Positions 63,771 through 64,000 of a DNA stretch of 64,000 nucleotides are shown one piece after another; the first letter of the stretch is position 1; each line of letters starts with the position of its first letter. Both the position numbers and the translations under genes were made by a program. Below the pieces are notes generated by a model that had not been told where the DNA came from, did not search any database, and worked only from the letters and a program-made list of their open reading frames with translations. Source of the stretch: a virus (lineage: Duplodnaviria > Caudoviricetes); IMG/VR virus record IMGVR_UViG_3300037484_000435, positions 64,001 to 128,000 of that record; one strand, given 5' to 3'.

Positions 63771-64000
63771 TACTAGTTTATCCTATGGCTATAACACAAC
63801 ATATTAAGGCGTATTTTACTTACTTCTCTTGTGTGGGCTATCTCTGGTAAAAAAGACAGCCCATTTCTTTTTCCGTCCATCTAGACATTAAGTGATTCTC
63901 TGTATATAACCTTACATCCGTAATATTCAGATAATTTATCCAGAACTTCTGACATAGCCACACTAAAATCTTTATGTGAGGCTTGTGTTTTAGTCACGCG

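Overview
A 64 kb segment of a large dsDNA bacteriophage genome. It is densely packed, almost entirely + strand until a convergent switch at about 61.6 kb, uses the standard genetic code, and has no virion structural genes, rRNA or CRISPR. The most striking feature is at 1-4.7 kb. A Ro60/TROVE gene is preceded by at least seven related structured RNAs that share a bulged-pyrimidine terminal helix and a (A/T)C(A/T)TC linker. Four of them carry complete circularly permuted tRNA cloverleaves (T-arm, loop-closed acceptor stem, D-arm, no anticodon loop), like bacterial YrlA Y RNAs. The others carry different payloads. The window also has 11 conventional tRNA genes, three with unexpected long variable arms, and several HNH/LAGLIDADG endonucleases, the four tRNA-flanking HNH genes sitting behind RBS-occluding hairpins. 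Two group IIB introns split a hidden 242-aa HD-domain gene, and one has a tRNA-like domain inserted. Host-takeover genes include Pth, a small alarmone hydrolase, MgsA, SpeD, PARP, a DHH phosphoesterase, RNA ligase, NAD-dependent DNA ligase, a Dcm-like methylase, an SF2 helicase and a PspA/DUF2491/TAXI-like module. All assignments come from reading motifs and base-pairing by eye; no database searches were run.
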